Assembly: GCA_009602735.1 (NCBI GenBank)
Contig: WELA01003517.1
Location: forward strand, 643,473-707,472
Direction: 5' to 3'
Source: Mesotaenium endlicherianum
Lineage: Eukaryota
DNA: 64,000 nt
A program made the translations under genes and the position numbers. A model generated the notes under the pieces. The model saw nothing but the letters and a program-made list of their open reading frames with translations. It was not told where the DNA came from and ran no database searches. Below, one piece after another: positions 47,666 through 60,200 of this stretch. How positions within the stretch are numbered: position 1 is the stretch's first letter; every line of letters begins with the position of its first letter.

Positions 47666-49143
47666 TTACTGACTGTTGCTGTCTTTTAAAGGCTGGTCTT
47701 TTCTCTCGACCTTAGGAAGGTGCTTGACTGGACACTGCTCTTTGAAGTGACCTGGCTGCTGGCAATGAAAGCAAATCGATTTTGCTGAGGCTGGTCTCGG
47801 CTTAGTCCTACCACCACCCCTTCCATAGCCACCTCGAGAGGAACCACCTCTACCTCTAGACTGAATAGCGTTGTACTCATACTCATACTCATCACCCTGA
47901 TTATCCTCAGCCAGGTCTCCTTCAATTGCATTGTAGCAGCCGTGGGGCTTTTTGACAATCTTAGACACCAAAGCATTACTTTGGCGCTTGTGATTGAACT
48001 GCTGCTGATCCCAAGCGTCAGCATCCTGGGTCAAGTCAGCCAGTTTCTCATACTTCTTCTCAGCGAAATGACCAGAGACTTCGGATTTCAAGCCATACCT
48101 GAAGTATGCTATCCTATACCGTTCTGGCAAGTCTGGCTGTTTCATCATGTTCTCCTGGAACTTTTGAGCAAACTCAGCAACTGAAGTGGTCTGCTTCAGT
48201 GTCAGGGAGATCATCGCATAGATAGCTTTCTCCTGCTGGTTGATGACATCAAACTTCTCATGCAGCTTCTCGACAAACTCTCCCCACGTAGGGTCACCGA
48301 GTTGCCGAGCCTAAGCTCTTCCTTCCAGTAAAGCCACCAATCTGCGGCACTGCCTTCCAGTAGCACACCGGTGTTCCTGACCTTCTCGTAATCTTGCCGT
48401 TCTGGGTAGTTCTCCAGCCACTGCCCAACATCCGCGAGAAACTTGATCAGGTAATATTTTCTGTTTCCCTCAGGATCATATTCCTGAGGAGGTTTCTGCT
48501 TGGGCTTACTAGGCCCTCGACCACCACCACTAGTGGTTTGAGACCCCAGTTAGTCTCTGTCCCGTTGTAGGGACATTATGATTCTTTTGTCCTCCTGTTG
48601 GGACTGATACATGGCCGCCATTTGCGACTGCATCTGAATGAACAATGCTCCCAAGTCTACACTCTGGGGTGGTAGATTAGCAAATGCAGCAGCAGCATTG
48701 ACCTCTACTCGTTGAGTAGGGTCCTCAACAGTCCCTCTCGCTCCTGCAGCAGCAATTCCTGCCGCATTCAGCCGGTCACGTATTTGACCTAGGGGTACAT
48801 TGAGTTGTACAGCAGGAGGTGGGTTCAGAACATTGGCCCTTGATGCCATAAGTTCTTCAACAGTGCGCTCGTCAGCTGGCTGTCCTTCCCTCCTTTGTAT
48901 ATCTTCAGCGGCCTTTGCTACTTGTTCAGCTTCTAGTCTGGCTATCTCCTCCTCAGCTTGCTGAGCTGCGACTGAGGCAATAGCAGCTGCCTCATCTGCA
49001 GCCTCCCTAGCTGCAGTATCCGCTACTGCTTCCGAATAGGTACGGTTTCCCGCTACATGGCTTTCCGCCTGGTTTTCGACATTCTCGTTATCCTGGTTCT
49101 CCATGTCTCGGGAGTTGCTAGTTTGAGACCTTGTCCTTACCAT
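47666..49143 (-). pseudogene. gag with CCHC knuckle, interrupted by stops/frameshift
   Basis: MVRTRSQ start after the PBS; stop at 48550 and further lesions near 48310; LKQTTSV..YFRYGLK; CFHCQQPGHFKEQC. Confidence 0.85.
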
Positions 49144-50329
49144 ACAAAGAAGACTGTGATAACTGCTCCGATACCACTGAAATGAATCGACTTACCAAAT
49201 AGGCGATTAACAATTAATAAAGATCTTTATATCAGCAAGTAATCTTTATGGTATTTTCCGTTAACTGGTTTAACGGCAAAGGACAACACACTAGCAGTGA
49301 ATAATACTCGTCAGTCAAATGCGAGTAAACTAGCATCAATAATGCAAATCAGTAAACTCATACATAAGCAAGGTTAGAAGACAGTGCGTATCAATGGCTT
49401 CTTGCCTTGGATTCAGATCCCTCTCAGTAAGCTGTACAAGAGAGTTGGCTCCGTTCCCGAATGCCGAACTTGAGAGCAATGCCTAGCATATGTACATGGA
49501 ATGGGTTTACTGTTCAACGGTCAGTGCGATGGCACCGCCTACCCGGGAGTTAACCACGTTGGTAGGACCTCGGTTAACCAACTCCACCGCCATCTCCCAT
49601 CATCCCGAATCGCCATCCATCATAGGGATGTCATCTGGCCATTCATCTAGCATACCACACTTAGATGCATATCGAGGCAGTTCGCTGCTACCGAGTACGG
49701 AAGTCAGCTAGCAGTCAAAGAATGTGTCAGCAAGCTGACTTAAGTTGACCTCAGCCTGCTACTTCCGGCCGAGTCATTAAACTGATATTAAATATAAAGT
49801 TTAGCAGACTGATCGTTAACTAGAGTTCAGCAAGCTGAATTTATTTAACTACATTATTTAACTGACTATTATGTCAACCAATATACTGATTCATTACAGG
49901 GGAGGACGGGGAGGGGGAAGGGGTGAAGGAGGAGAGGAGGAAGGAAGAAAGAAAGAAGGTGGAGTCCAGGGACGAGGGAGGAAGGGGAAGGAGACGAGGA
50001 GGGGGAGGAGGGGGGAAGAGGGAGGAGGAAGGGAGATGAAGGAGGAGGTCTCGGGGGGCGAAGGAGGAGGGGGGGAAGTGAGGCAGAGAAGGGAGGTGGA
50101 GGAGGAGGAAATGGAGAAGTGAGAGGAGGGAGGAGGTGGAGAAACCTGAAGGAGGGGAGGTGGATGGAGCGTGCTTGAAGGAGGAGGAAGGGAAAATATT
50201 GAGGGGAAATGACGAACAGTGTCCAGATTTAGGAATGCAGTTGATGGCCAAAACACATTGTTGACATAAGCAATGACGGCACCCTCACAAGGGTGCTAGC
50301 CTCTAGGGCCTCCGTGTAACCAACGGGAG

Positions 50330-50660
50330 ATTTGGAGTCTGCAGGCTGAGAGTGCGCGAGCTCCTTTGGTGTCCTTTAATATATTACGCCTACCTTGGCA
50401 TTGCAAAGAAGCATTAGTGCCTCGCGAGGCACTTCTGTGGCAGTGTCCATGCGTTACGAGTATGCAAGGCTCGCTGTGCGGTCCTGCACGCTTGCAAAAG
50501 CAAAATACTCACAGGGCTTGCAGGCTGCAATTCGGGAGCACCTTTGGTGTCCTTTAGTGTAAATGATAGGCCTACACTAGCAATGCAAAGAAAGCAAAAG
50601 TGCCTCGCGAGGCACTTTTGCGTAGAGTTTGTGACGGCTTGAGGCTGCAGCTTGAAGAAA
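50330..50660. repeat. Two imperfect ~180-bp tandem units, each with a perfect palindrome
   Basis: AGTGCCTCGCGAGGCACT (50416-50433) and GCAAAAGTGCCTCGCGAGGCACTTTTGC (50594-50621); both units share CCTTTGGTGTCCTTTA. Confidence 0.8.
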
Positions 50661-52407
50661 AGGAGGCTCACTAATTCATGGGACTTTAGTGGGTGGGGCG
50701 CTGGGGGAGGGGGCGCTGGGACGGGTGGAAGGTGGAGGTTGGAAGGTGGCTGGCCCGGTGACTCGGAGTGCGTGCGTGCGTGGGGGGGCATGCCACGCGC
50801 GTGAGGCGAGCACGGATGGTCGCCGCCCGCACGCACGCACGCACTCCCTTGTTTCAAAAGATAAGTGCTTTTTGGCTCCTCCTTGGCTCACTCATCTCGA
50901 CTGAGCCAGTGCTTGTGCGTGCCCGCCTGGTTGGGGGTGTGTATGTGGTGGCCCGGGGGGGGGGGGAGCTTGCTGATTGCAATTGACTGACTTATGCGGG
51001 TCGAAAGACTTTCTTGTTGCTTCTAATATCTCTTTACTGCTTGTGCTGCTTCTGCTGCTGCTTGCTTCTAGATGATGCTTGCGCCAAGGGTGGGACTAGG
51101 GCTAGAACTAGGTGTGAGTGCTTCTGGGATGGACCCCAAGTGTAGTGAAACAGATAGATAAAGTACTTAGTAAAACAGAATACTTTATCTATTCAAGACA
51201 AGGATCTTTGAACACAAGTGGTAGCTTCTTGAAAGAGAGATAGCTTCTTGAAAGTTAATATATTTCTGAATTTTGGCAAGTACAAGAGTGATTCTCGAAT
51301 GTCTTTCTATGTTCTAGCTCTTGTTTATATACTTGCTACATAAGTAATTTCTAGGAAGGTGTATGTTGATGTGTTGGCACCCAACACATCCCAAAACTTG
51401 CCACCTCTTTCTAGAATAATGTACACATGTCCTTTTGACCTAAAAATGGCACATCTGACTTTTGCCACTTGGAGTTCCAAGGTCTTTCCTCTAACTTCGA
51501 AAATGCCTTGGAAGGTTCAAAAGACATGAACCAAGCTAGAGTACCTATTCACACTTGACTCCACACAATACTACTCCAAATATATTTGAAAACATTAAAA
51601 TAAATGCGAACTAATATATAATAACTCAAATCACTACATGACCCCCCCGATAGAAAAAGCGACGTCTCGGCGCGTCAAGTCAAGTTTTACACATGTGGAG
51701 CAAACTAGTCAACAGTTTCAAGTCAGATGCCCCACATGTGAAGAGGACTAGTCAAAGGCGCCAAGTCAGGTGCTACACATGTAAGGTAGACTAGGCAAGG
51801 TCGTAGGTGGTGTGACCTTATTGGCTAGCCTACTCCTTAATGATAAAGAAAATTGTACAAGTTGGCCCAGAATCTGCCACGAACTCAAAAATTCATAGCG
51901 GCCACAGAACTGCTCCAAATCTAAAAATTCGAGTGCCAGACGGACCGCGTCGGAGAACTCTACCGAGTCACCAAATCTGAGAGCATTCTCATTTCTGGAC
52001 TGTCGTTGAGAGCTGAGAGAGTAGGCACTCCTCCAAATCTGTGCAGAAACTTCTGAAAATCATAAGTCCTTCTATACTTCTCCAAATTCTGCAAACTAAG
52101 TCTCAAACTGGGCGCTGTAAGATGTTCTACCAGAGTCTTGAGTTTCAGAGCATTCCAAGTTCAGGGGAGGGCACAATGTCAGAAGGCATATTCTGCCCTA
52201 ACAATGCCAGCAGCCTGACCCCCTTCTACTTAGAGCATCATATCTCTCTCACCAATGCTCCAAATTGAGAAAACTTGGACTCTAAATGACCGGCTACTCA
52301 TGGACTACAGCCAGGTAAATTTTTAGAATTTATTATGCAGAGACCTATTACCAGTAGCAGTTTTAGTTTTCTGTTTAGAAACTGCGAGAAGAGAAGAGTG
52401 TCTAATG

Positions 52408-55400
52408 TCAATATTTCCTCTTTCTTGTTCTTGCAGGCTGCCTCCAAGGGGTCTTCTGCTGCTTCTTGATGGTGGCAGGCTGCCTCCCTGAAGTCTTCGG
52501 GCTTCTAGTAGAGAGACTTGGGGCTGGTCCAAGATGGGGGTTGGCGGCATGGAAGCGCTTCAACTTTCTCTGAACTTTGTCAAGGTAGTGCGCCGCCACC
52601 CAACTATTCTCCGAATCTGGATATCCTTTCCACTTGATCAAGTATTGCTGCTGTCTCCTGAAATTTCTCATAGCCACTATGTCTTCCACTTCGTACTCCA
52701 AATGATCATCCACTATTGTTGGGGCTGGTGGGGTTGTCACACGTCCTGGGAACTTGTTGTCGGGTTGCACATATGGCTTGAAGAGGGAAGCGTGGAATAC
52801 GGGGTCGATGTGCATAGTCTGGGGAAGTTCTAGCTTGAAAGCAACGGGGTTGACTTGCTGGATAATCTTGAAGGGTCCCAAATACTTGGGAGAGAACTTG
52901 CTGCCGGCAGGCCTGTTGTTCAGGGAAATGTTCTTGGATGATAGTAACACGTTGTCACCCACTCTGTACGTAATTTCTCTTCTGGATCTGTTCGCCACTC
53001 TTGCTTGAGCATCTTGCGCGTGTTGTAGAGCTTTCTTCGCTGCTGTAAGGGCTGCTTCTAATGTCTCCATAAAATCTGTGGCTGCAGGTACTTCATCATG
53101 GCCAGCCGTGAAGCTCAGTGGCGTGGTCGGATGGAAGCCATAGTTGAGGAAGAATGGGGACTCTTGGGTAGAGGCCTGCGTAGTGTTGTTGTAGGCAAAC
53201 TCGAGGGGGGTCAAGTACATGTCCCAGTCTTGCTCGAGGGTAGACACGTAGGCCTTTAGAGAGGTCTTTAGGGTACGATTCATACGCTCGGTTTGCCCAT
53301 CTGATTGTGGGTGGTAGGCAGTAGACATATCCAGCGATGTACCCAAGTTCTTGAAGAGATTTTTCCAGAAATGGCTTGTGAATCTTGGATCTCTATCTGA
53401 CACAATTCTTGATGGTAGTCCATGGAGTCGGAAGATGTTGTCAAAGATGAGTCTTGCAAGTTGTGGTGCTGTAGCCTTAGTCGTCGTGGGAATAAAATGA
53501 GCCATCTTGGTAAGTCTGTCCACCGCCGTGAGTATTGCATTATGGCCTCGAGGTGTCACGGGCAAGTCCACGATAAGGTCCATTGAGATGTCCGTCCATT
53601 GTCTTTCGGGGATTGGTAGTGGTTGGAGGAGTCCTCCCGCCTTTTGCGATGATGGCTTGATTCTTTGGCATGTGTCACAGCTCCTGCAGTACTCCTTGAC
53701 TTGCTTAGACATGCCTGGCCAACAATAAGTCCTAGCTAGAACGCCCGTGGTCCTTAGGATTCCAAAGTGTCCTCCAAGAGGGTTGTCGTGTGCTTCTCGT
53801 AGAAGCAAGAGCCGGAGGTCTAAGTCATTAGGAACACATCTCTGGCCCGTATCTTGCCTCACCCAATAATTGCCTTCTTGCTTCTTGCATGGGTCCAAGG
53901 CTGCTTCTCCGTTCTTGTAGTAAGGGTCTCTTTCATAGGCGGCTGAAAATCGAGCTTCCAGATCTGTCTTCAGGGATACCATCACTGCATTTAATTGCAG
54001 TCTTGAGAGGGGGTCAGCCGGGTTTGTCTTGCCGGGCTGGTACTGAATCGTGATGTTGTATTGTTGCAAGTATCCGCTCCATCTTGCTTGTCTCCTTGAG
54101 AGATACGGCTGCGTTTGGAGGTGCTTTAACGCCTCGTGGTCCGTGGTGACCAGTACTTTGCGTCCTTCAACGTAGCAGCGCCAAACCTTCAAGGCATGTA
54201 CAATCGCCAATGCCTCTCGCTCCGTGGTTGTATAATTTTGCTCGGCTGGATTTAGCTTCCTTGACTCGTAGGCGATGGGCTGCAGTCCCTTGCCTTGGTC
54301 TTGAAGCAGGATTGCTCCTATTGCATAGGAAGATGCATCGGTGATGACGTGGAAGGGCCAATCTGGGTTTGGACTTGGGAGTGTGAGCACCGGGGATGTG
54401 GTCAATCTTCGCTTTAACTCTTGAAATGCCTCTTCCTCTTTCTCGGTCCATGTATATAGCCTGTCCTTCTTGAGTAGATCTGTCAGGGGGGCTGCTATGT
54501 GCGAGAAGCCTTGGATGAATTTTCTGTACCAATTGGCAAATCCCAAGAATGACTGGAGTTCTTTCTTGGTCGTGGGGGTTGGCCATTCCTCCACCACCGT
54601 GGTCTTCTTGGGGTCCATCTTGATGCCATCAGCAGTCACGTGGAGACCTAGGAACTCCACTTCTTGTTTGGCAAACTCGCACTTTGACTCCTTCGCAAAT
54701 AGCTTGTTTTGCTTCAATACTTCAAGGACTTCTTTCAAGTGTCTCGCATGCTCTTCAAGGGTCTTGCTGTAGATAAGGATGTCATCGATGAATACCACCA
54801 CAAATCTGTCCAACATGGGCTGAAATATGGTGTTCATCATAGTCATGAAAGTTGCTGGCGCGTTGGTGAGTCCAAATGGCAGGACCATGAACTCAAAATG
54901 TCCATATCTTGTCCTGAATGCCGTCTTCTCTATGTCCGGTTCTGCGATGCGAATCTGGTGGTAGCCGCTCCGTAAGTCAATCTTCGTGAAGTACTTGGCT
55001 CCAACCAGCCGGTCCATGAGCTCATCCATGCGCGGCAGCGGGTATCGATTCTTGATGGTGATCTTGTTGAGGGCGCGATAGTCCACACACATCCTCAAGG
55101 TACCATCTTTCTTCTTGACAAATAGCACCGGGGCTCCAAATGGCGACTTGCTAGGTCGAATGAAGCCATGCTCCAGTAGCTCCTTGATTTGCTTCTTGAC
55201 TTCGTCTAGCTCCGTGTATGACATTTTGAACGTAGGCCGAGAGATGGGCTTGCTTCCGGGCTCCAACTCTATCTTGTGGTCTACGAATCTTTTGGGGGGT
55301 AGGCCCTTGGGCAATTCCGGGGAGAACACTTCTTTGTAGTCCTCTAAGACTTCTTGTATCTCCTTGGGAACGGGGCTGCCTTCTTGACTCTCGATGTCTT

Positions 55401-56073
55401 TCTTGATGTCTTTTGGCGTGATCAAGGCCAAAAGAAGCTCGTGTCCCTTCCTCACAAGTCTCTTGAGTTGGAGGGCGGACAATAGTATCTCGTGTGCCGG
55501 CTTCTGGATGTCTTGGGTCTGGATATTCTGGATTGCGCGCAAAATACAGATTCTTGAAGTGATGTCATTCTTGATCTTGATAGTACCGGTCCTCCAATCA
55601 ACTTGGGGGTTGTGCTTGGTCAACCAAGGCGTCCCTAGGATGACGTCGTACTTGCCCAATTGCATGGGGGAGAACACTACTCTATCCTTGAAGGACTTGA
55701 TAGAGAGTGCCAAGGGGTACGTCTTCTTGGAAGGGGTAGTATAGGAGAATCCATCGGGCATCATAATCTCCTCGTCGTGGTCAAGAGTTCGCATAGTAAT
55801 ACCGTGCTTGGTGGCAAAATCTGCAGCAATGAAGTTGCCTTGAGCTCCGCTATCCACCAAGATGTGGACCTTCTCTCCTCCAAGGTAACCTCTCAAACTC
55901 ATTGGGGCTGGAACGTCGTCTTCAACGGGGGTCTCCACCTCACTTGGCGTGTTGCCTTCTCGTGAAGTGGGTCTTGGGGTGGTAGGCTCCTGGCCTACCG
56001 GCGCTGTCCGTTTTTTGACAACTTTTTGGGGCATGAAAGTGCACGATGGCCCTTTTCCTTGCAATAAAAGCAT
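52408..56073 (-). CDS. pol polyprotein (protease, RT, RNase H, integrase, chromodomain), probably expressed by -1 frameshift
   Basis: [89 protein letters not shown]. No internal stops. Confidence 0.95.
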   Translation of the reverse strand: MLLLQGKGPSCTFMPQKVVKKRTAPVGQEPTTPRPTSREGNTPSEVETPVEDDVPAPMSLRGYLGGEKVHILVDSGAQGNFIAADFATKHGITMRTLDHDEEIMMPDGFSYTTPSKKTYPLALSIKSFKDRVVFSPMQLGKYDVILGTPWLTKHNPQVDWRTGTIKIKNDITSRICILRAIQNIQTQDIQKPAHEILLSALQLKRLVRKGHELLLALITPKDIKKDIESQEGSPVPKEIQEVLEDYKEVFSPELPKGLPPKRFVDHKIELEPGSKPISRPTFKMSYTELDEVKKQIKELLEHGFIRPSKSPFGAPVLFVKKKDGTLRMCVDYRALNKITIKNRYPLPRMDELMDRLVGAKYFTKIDLRSGYHQIRIAEPDIEKTAFRTRYGHFEFMVLPFGLTNAPATFMTMMNTIFQPMLDRFVVVFIDDILIYSKTLEEHARHLKEVLEVLKQNKLFAKESKCEFAKQEVEFLGLHVTADGIKMDPKKTTVVEEWPTPTTKKELQSFLGFANWYRKFIQGFSHIAAPLTDLLKKDRLYTWTEKEEEAFQELKRRLTTSPVLTLPSPNPDWPFHVITDASSYAIGAILLQDQGKGLQPIAYESRKLNPAEQNYTTTEREALAIVHALKVWRCYVEGRKVLVTTDHEALKHLQTQPYLSRRQARWSGYLQQYNITIQYQPGKTNPADPLSRLQLNAVMVSLKTDLEARFSAAYERDPYYKNGEAALDPCKKQEGNYWVRQDTGQRCVPNDLDLRLLLLREAHDNPLGGHFGILRTTGVLARTYCWPGMSKQVKEYCRSCDTCQRIKPSSQKAGGLLQPLPIPERQWTDISMDLIVDLPVTPRGHNAILTAVDRLTKMAHFIPTTTKATAPQLARLIFDNIFRLHGLPSRIVSDRDPRFTSHFWKNLFKNLGTSLDMSTAYHPQSDGQTERMNRTLKTSLKAYVSTLEQDWDMYLTPLEFAYNNTTQASTQESPFFLNYGFHPTTPLSFTAGHDEVPAATDFMETLEAALTAAKKALQHAQDAQARVANRSRREITYRVGDNVLLSSKNISLNNRPAGSKFSPKYLGPFKIIQQVNPVAFKLELPQTMHIDPVFHASLFKPYVQPDNKFPGRVTTPPAPTIVDDHLEYEVEDIVAMRNFRRQQQYLIKWKGYPDSENSWVAAHYLDKVQRKLKRFHAANPHLGPAPSLSTRSPKTSGRQPATIKKQQKTPWRQPARTRKRKY

Positions 56074-57275
56074 AGTCCAGCCGTCATGAGAGCTTCTTTT
56101 TCAGCCGGGGAGAGTCTTGCTTTCACTCCTTGCTGGTTTCTTGCATCATAAGTGTCATTGGAGGGTCTTCCACTCTTCCGGGCAGCCGCGGGGTCCCTTT
56201 TAATAACTCCGATTTCCATGGGTGTGGGTCCAGATTCGGATGTGGAAGGGGCTGCGTACACCCGCGTCGTCGGTACCCGTGAAGATGAAGGCACGGAGTG
56301 CTTGAAATCCAAGGTATCCACCTTTTGGGCCACTTCAATGATCTTTGAGAAGTCCGTCAAGTCGCGTAACTCCACTTCCTTTGCCACCTTGGGTTTGAGG
56401 CCAAAGATGTAGCGGTCAATCTTCTCCTCGAGAGACATGTTGGGGATCTCAAGAGTGAGGGCGTGAAATCTGGATGTATACTCTTGAACGGACGTCGTTT
56501 GCTTGAGATGGTGGAGCTTTCCTCGGGCAATCTTCTCCGCATTGATGGGCATGAATTGCTTCTTGAGGGCCTCACGAAAATCTGCCCATCTTGCATATGA
56601 TGGTGGGGGCTCTTGGCCGAGCATGGGGTGCGCCATAGCTTGATATATAGCCGCTTGATAGTTACGCCACCATGATGTTGCTGCTCCTCTAAGTAAGGTA
56701 ACGGCAAAGGGAACGTAGTCCTCCTCGGGTACTTCAAGGAATGCGAGGTACGTCTCCACTTGGTAGAGCCATAAATTCAGGTTGGCACCTTTCCCGGGGT
56801 TGAAAGTGTCGGGTTTGCCGGGCTTGATGAGTTTCCTTGCTCTCGTTGGCTCTTGTGGAGGCGCTTGAGCCGGGGCTGGATTTTGAGCATTGCTCGCAAT
56901 AGGGGCAACCATGGCAGCCATAGCTTCTCTTGACGCTTGCACGGTTGCTTCATAGGTGGCCAAGCCCACTTGGTTGTGGACGGTCATTAGGAAGGCTGCC
57001 CACTCATTTGCGGGAACTCCTTGTGGTGGGGTCAACTTTGCTATAGCGGCTGCCACGGGATTTGACGGTGCTCCTCCTTGTGGTGCTTCTTGTTGTTGGA
57101 GATTTCCTTGAGTAGGCTCTCCCATCGACGCTGGAGGAGGGTGTGCTCCTCCTTGTGGTGCTTCTTGTTGTTGCAGATTTTCTTGAGTGGGCTCTCCCAT
57201 CGGCGCTGGAGGAGGGTGTCTTGGAGAGGAAGGGCTTCCTTCGAAAGCTTGCTGTTGGTCTTGAGGATCGGCCAT
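55995..57275 (-). CDS. gag (retrotransposon capsid + CCHC knuckle)
   Basis: 426-aa ORF starting after the [44 protein letters not shown]; tandem duplication of PPPA(P/S)[18 protein letters not shown]. Confidence 0.93.
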   Translation of the reverse strand: MADPQDQQQAFEGSPSSPRHPPPAPMGEPTQENLQQQEAPQGGAHPPPASMGEPTQGNLQQQEAPQGGAPSNPVAAAIAKLTPPQGVPANEWAAFLMTVHNQVGLATYEATVQASREAMAAMVAPIASNAQNPAPAQAPPQEPTRARKLIKPGKPDTFNPGKGANLNLWLYQVETYLAFLEVPEEDYVPFAVTLLRGAATSWWRNYQAAIYQAMAHPMLGQEPPPSYARWADFREALKKQFMPINAEKIARGKLHHLKQTTSVQEYTSRFHALTLEIPNMSLEEKIDRYIFGLKPKVAKEVELRDLTDFSKIIEVAQKVDTLDFKHSVPSSSRVPTTRVYAAPSTSESGPTPMEIGVIKRDPAAARKSGRPSNDTYDARNQQGVKARLSPAEKEALMTAGLCFYCKEKGHRALSCPKKLSKNGQRR

Positions 57276-60200
57276 CTTCTTGTGCTACCAAAGTGCCTAG
57301 CTCCGATACCACTGTAGTGAAACAGATAGATAAAGTACTTAGTAAAACAGAATACTTTATCTATTCAAGACAAGGATCTTTGAACACAAGTGGTAGCTTC
57401 TTGAAAGAGAGATGGCTTCTTGAAAGTTAATATATTTCTGGATTTTGGCAAGTACAAGAGTGATTCTGGAATGTCTTTCTATGTTCTAGCTCTTGTTTAT
57501 ATACTTGCTACATAAGTAATTTCTAGGAAGGTGTATGTTGATGTGTTGGCACCCAACACATCCCAAAACTTGCCACCTCTTTCTAGAATAATGTACACAT
57601 GTCCTTTTGACCTAAAAATGGCACATCTGACTTTTGCCACATGGAGTTCTTCTAGGTCTTTCCTCTAACTTCGAAAATCCCTTGGAAGGTTCAAAGGACA
57701 TGAACCAAGTTACTAGAGTACCTATTCACACTTGACTCCACACAATACTACTCCAAATATATTTGAAAACATTAAAATATATGCGAACTAATATATAATA
57801 ACTCAAATCACTACACCAAGTCCTCTAGCGTAGCACGCGTGTCACAGTTGGTTACGCCGCGTATATTGACTCTCCATTACTGCTTCGCTCTCGCGGTGGT
57901 GTTGGTGTTGGCTGGTGTGGTGGGTGCTGATGGTGTGCAGCACGCTTCGGACGGGGGGAGCGTATTTTTGTAACGTTTAAAAGGAACCCACTAACCCGGG
58001 GGCGGGTGAGCTAGTCATGTGCGACCGGGGAGGAGGTTAGACTGAGGGCAAGTTCGACGAGAGGGGTCTTCTGGAACTGTTTCTCGTGGTGCTGTTATGC
58101 CTCTTCCCGCAGATCTCGGACCCGTGCATTTAAGCGAAAGCTCATTACGCCGCGCCACTTGTCCGTGCGTGCGTGCGCTCTCCTGCCTGCCAGCCGGGCG
58201 GGAGGGCGCACGTGCTCATGGACAGGTTGCACCCAACCCCGGCCCTTGTGCGTGTGGGGCTTTGCTGTCGGCTTCACGTCGACTGGCGGGTCTCATTTCT
58301 GCGCAAAGGCCAACAACTGCTGCCACTTGGCAGCACCCTTCATCTTTTCCTATTGCATCATTGTTGCTGTGCTGTGTTGTCTGCCTGCCTGTCTGTCCGT
58401 CTGCTCTTTGCCTATTTTCCTGCCTGCCTGCTTGCGTGTCTGGCTGCTTGCCTGCTTGCCTGCCTTCTTTTGGTCTTCCTGTCTGCCTGCCTGTCTGCCA
58501 GTATGCAGTCTTTGCGTGTCTTACTGTCCTTGGCAGGCGGGCGTGGCATAGCCGAGAGCACCCCATGGAAGTGCAGTGGCTGGTCCCAAATAACAACAGT
58601 CCTCGCTGTCCTGAGGTAACCACTCCATGCCAGCCCACCCGCAACTGACTTGCGTGGCTGCTCCATTGTATAGACGTCTGCGAAATTTTTGGGTTGTGAC
58701 CAGCTGCCTGTTCTTGTCTCTGATGGAAGGCGGCAGGCAAGGCATGAGAAAAGGCAGGCAGGGCGGCAGGAAGGTGGCCTGCTACAGTGTGTGTGTGTGT
58801 GTGTATAAATATGATTCCTTGTTTAGTCCTTGGCTGAAGGCAAGGCAGGAAGGAAGGGGGCGAGGGGGGNACTTGTATAATATGTGTCCAGGCAGCTTAC
58901 TGTGAGACTGATTGACCCTAAAAACTCCTTCATCGTGACTGCAGATATGGACAGCTTCGGTACCGTCAAAGAGGTGAAGACATAGAGTTACATACACTTA
59001 GCTTGATCGTCAGAGCAGCACTGCCGTGATATGTGATACTAGAGACAGGTTCCAATTGACAAATTACTTTTTGTTGATAAATTTAGTGTAGTGATCTTTG
59101 AATTGCAAAAGTAGCAGCACATACTCAATAGGCCGTAGAGGGGCACTGCATGCGCACATAAGCGTAGCACAAACTCCACAGTACATTCTGTTTTATTTTA
59201 TTTTGGAAATATTGTGGTCCGATTGCATGGTGTCGTGCCTAACATTGTCGGTCCCTCGGCACGTGCGTAGCCTTCCAGCACGCGTGCCTTCGACCTGGTC
59301 GATGTGTCGGTGGCCCTCTTCACGTGTGGGCAAACATGGTCGATCGACCTTTGCACGTGTGTCGGTGACAAGCCTTACCAGGGTTAACCCATCCCTGGGC
59401 TCCTGAACTTGCACCATGCAACCATGACCAACACTCAGAGCAACGTTCTCCTTCACCCAGCTCTCACCATCTGCTTATCCTAAGACTTAGCAGAAAATTT
59501 TAAAAATACTTGCCTTGTCTTAATTCCTCTTACAAGGACGAAAGTCTCTTACTTCCACATAGGCTTTATACCTTAAGGTTCTTGGGTTCACAGGCGAGCA
59601 AATTGTAATTTGCAAAAATCACACTCTAAGCAGCTTAACATACAACGTCAAATTCAGAGAAAATCGCCCTTCAGGCTTTCGCTTAACTTTCACAAAGTTA
59701 CAGCTTACAAAACTCTGAAACTACACGTCTATGGTGGCCTGGGTCAAGCTCTTCACTTAACACCGCACCTTAACAGCTCTTCACTGCCAGGCTAGGCTCA
59801 CTCAGTTCTTCACTGAGAGCTTTATCTGTCAATACTACTCTTTCTCTTCGAGATGCAAATGCGACTTCTGAGAACTTGGAAACCAACACACAACTCACCA
59901 TTTTAAGGCTGCTTCACACACACTTGTGGCGTTCGGCCGAATCTGTGCCAATCTCCTAGCAAATTCTATTCTGCAGTTCTCCTACTTTCAACAGTGAGAT
60001 TCCCTCTTTGGGAACTCCTACAATCTTAACTTATCTATGATACACTGAGAAGAAACTTCAGCGTCGGCAGAAGCGTGGGGCCTCGGCTCTCCAATGGCCT
60101 TGGGAATTCCTTCTTCTTCTTCGCGCCCTTCTTCTCCTTCTGCTCCTTCTGCTCCTTCTGCTCCTTGGCAAAGGTGCGTGAGAGTGAATGACATGTCTCA

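Larger units (their letters stand above)
41071..49898 (-). mobile_element. Ty3/Gypsy chromovirus LTR retrotransposon with an additional 3' ORF; gag/pol disrupted
   Basis: LTRs 41071-41816 and 49178-49898 (TG..CA), 5-bp TSD GGGGA, tRNA-iMet-type PBS TGGTATCGGAGC (49176-49165), PPT at ~41817-41830. Confidence 0.95.
51141..57815 (-). mobile_element. Apparently intact Ty3/Gypsy chromovirus LTR retrotransposon
   Basis: LTRs 51141-51638 and 57313-57815 (TGTAG..CTACA, highly similar), 5-bp TSD CCAAG, PBS TGGTATCGGAGC (57311-57300), G7 PPT at ~51642-51648, uninterrupted gag and pol. Confidence 0.97.

Noticed and set aside
57985..58015. Helitron-like 3' end (ACCCG-GGGG-CGGGT then CTAG|T)
   Set aside because: The stem is only 5 bp, and no 5' end or Rep/helicase sequence was found.
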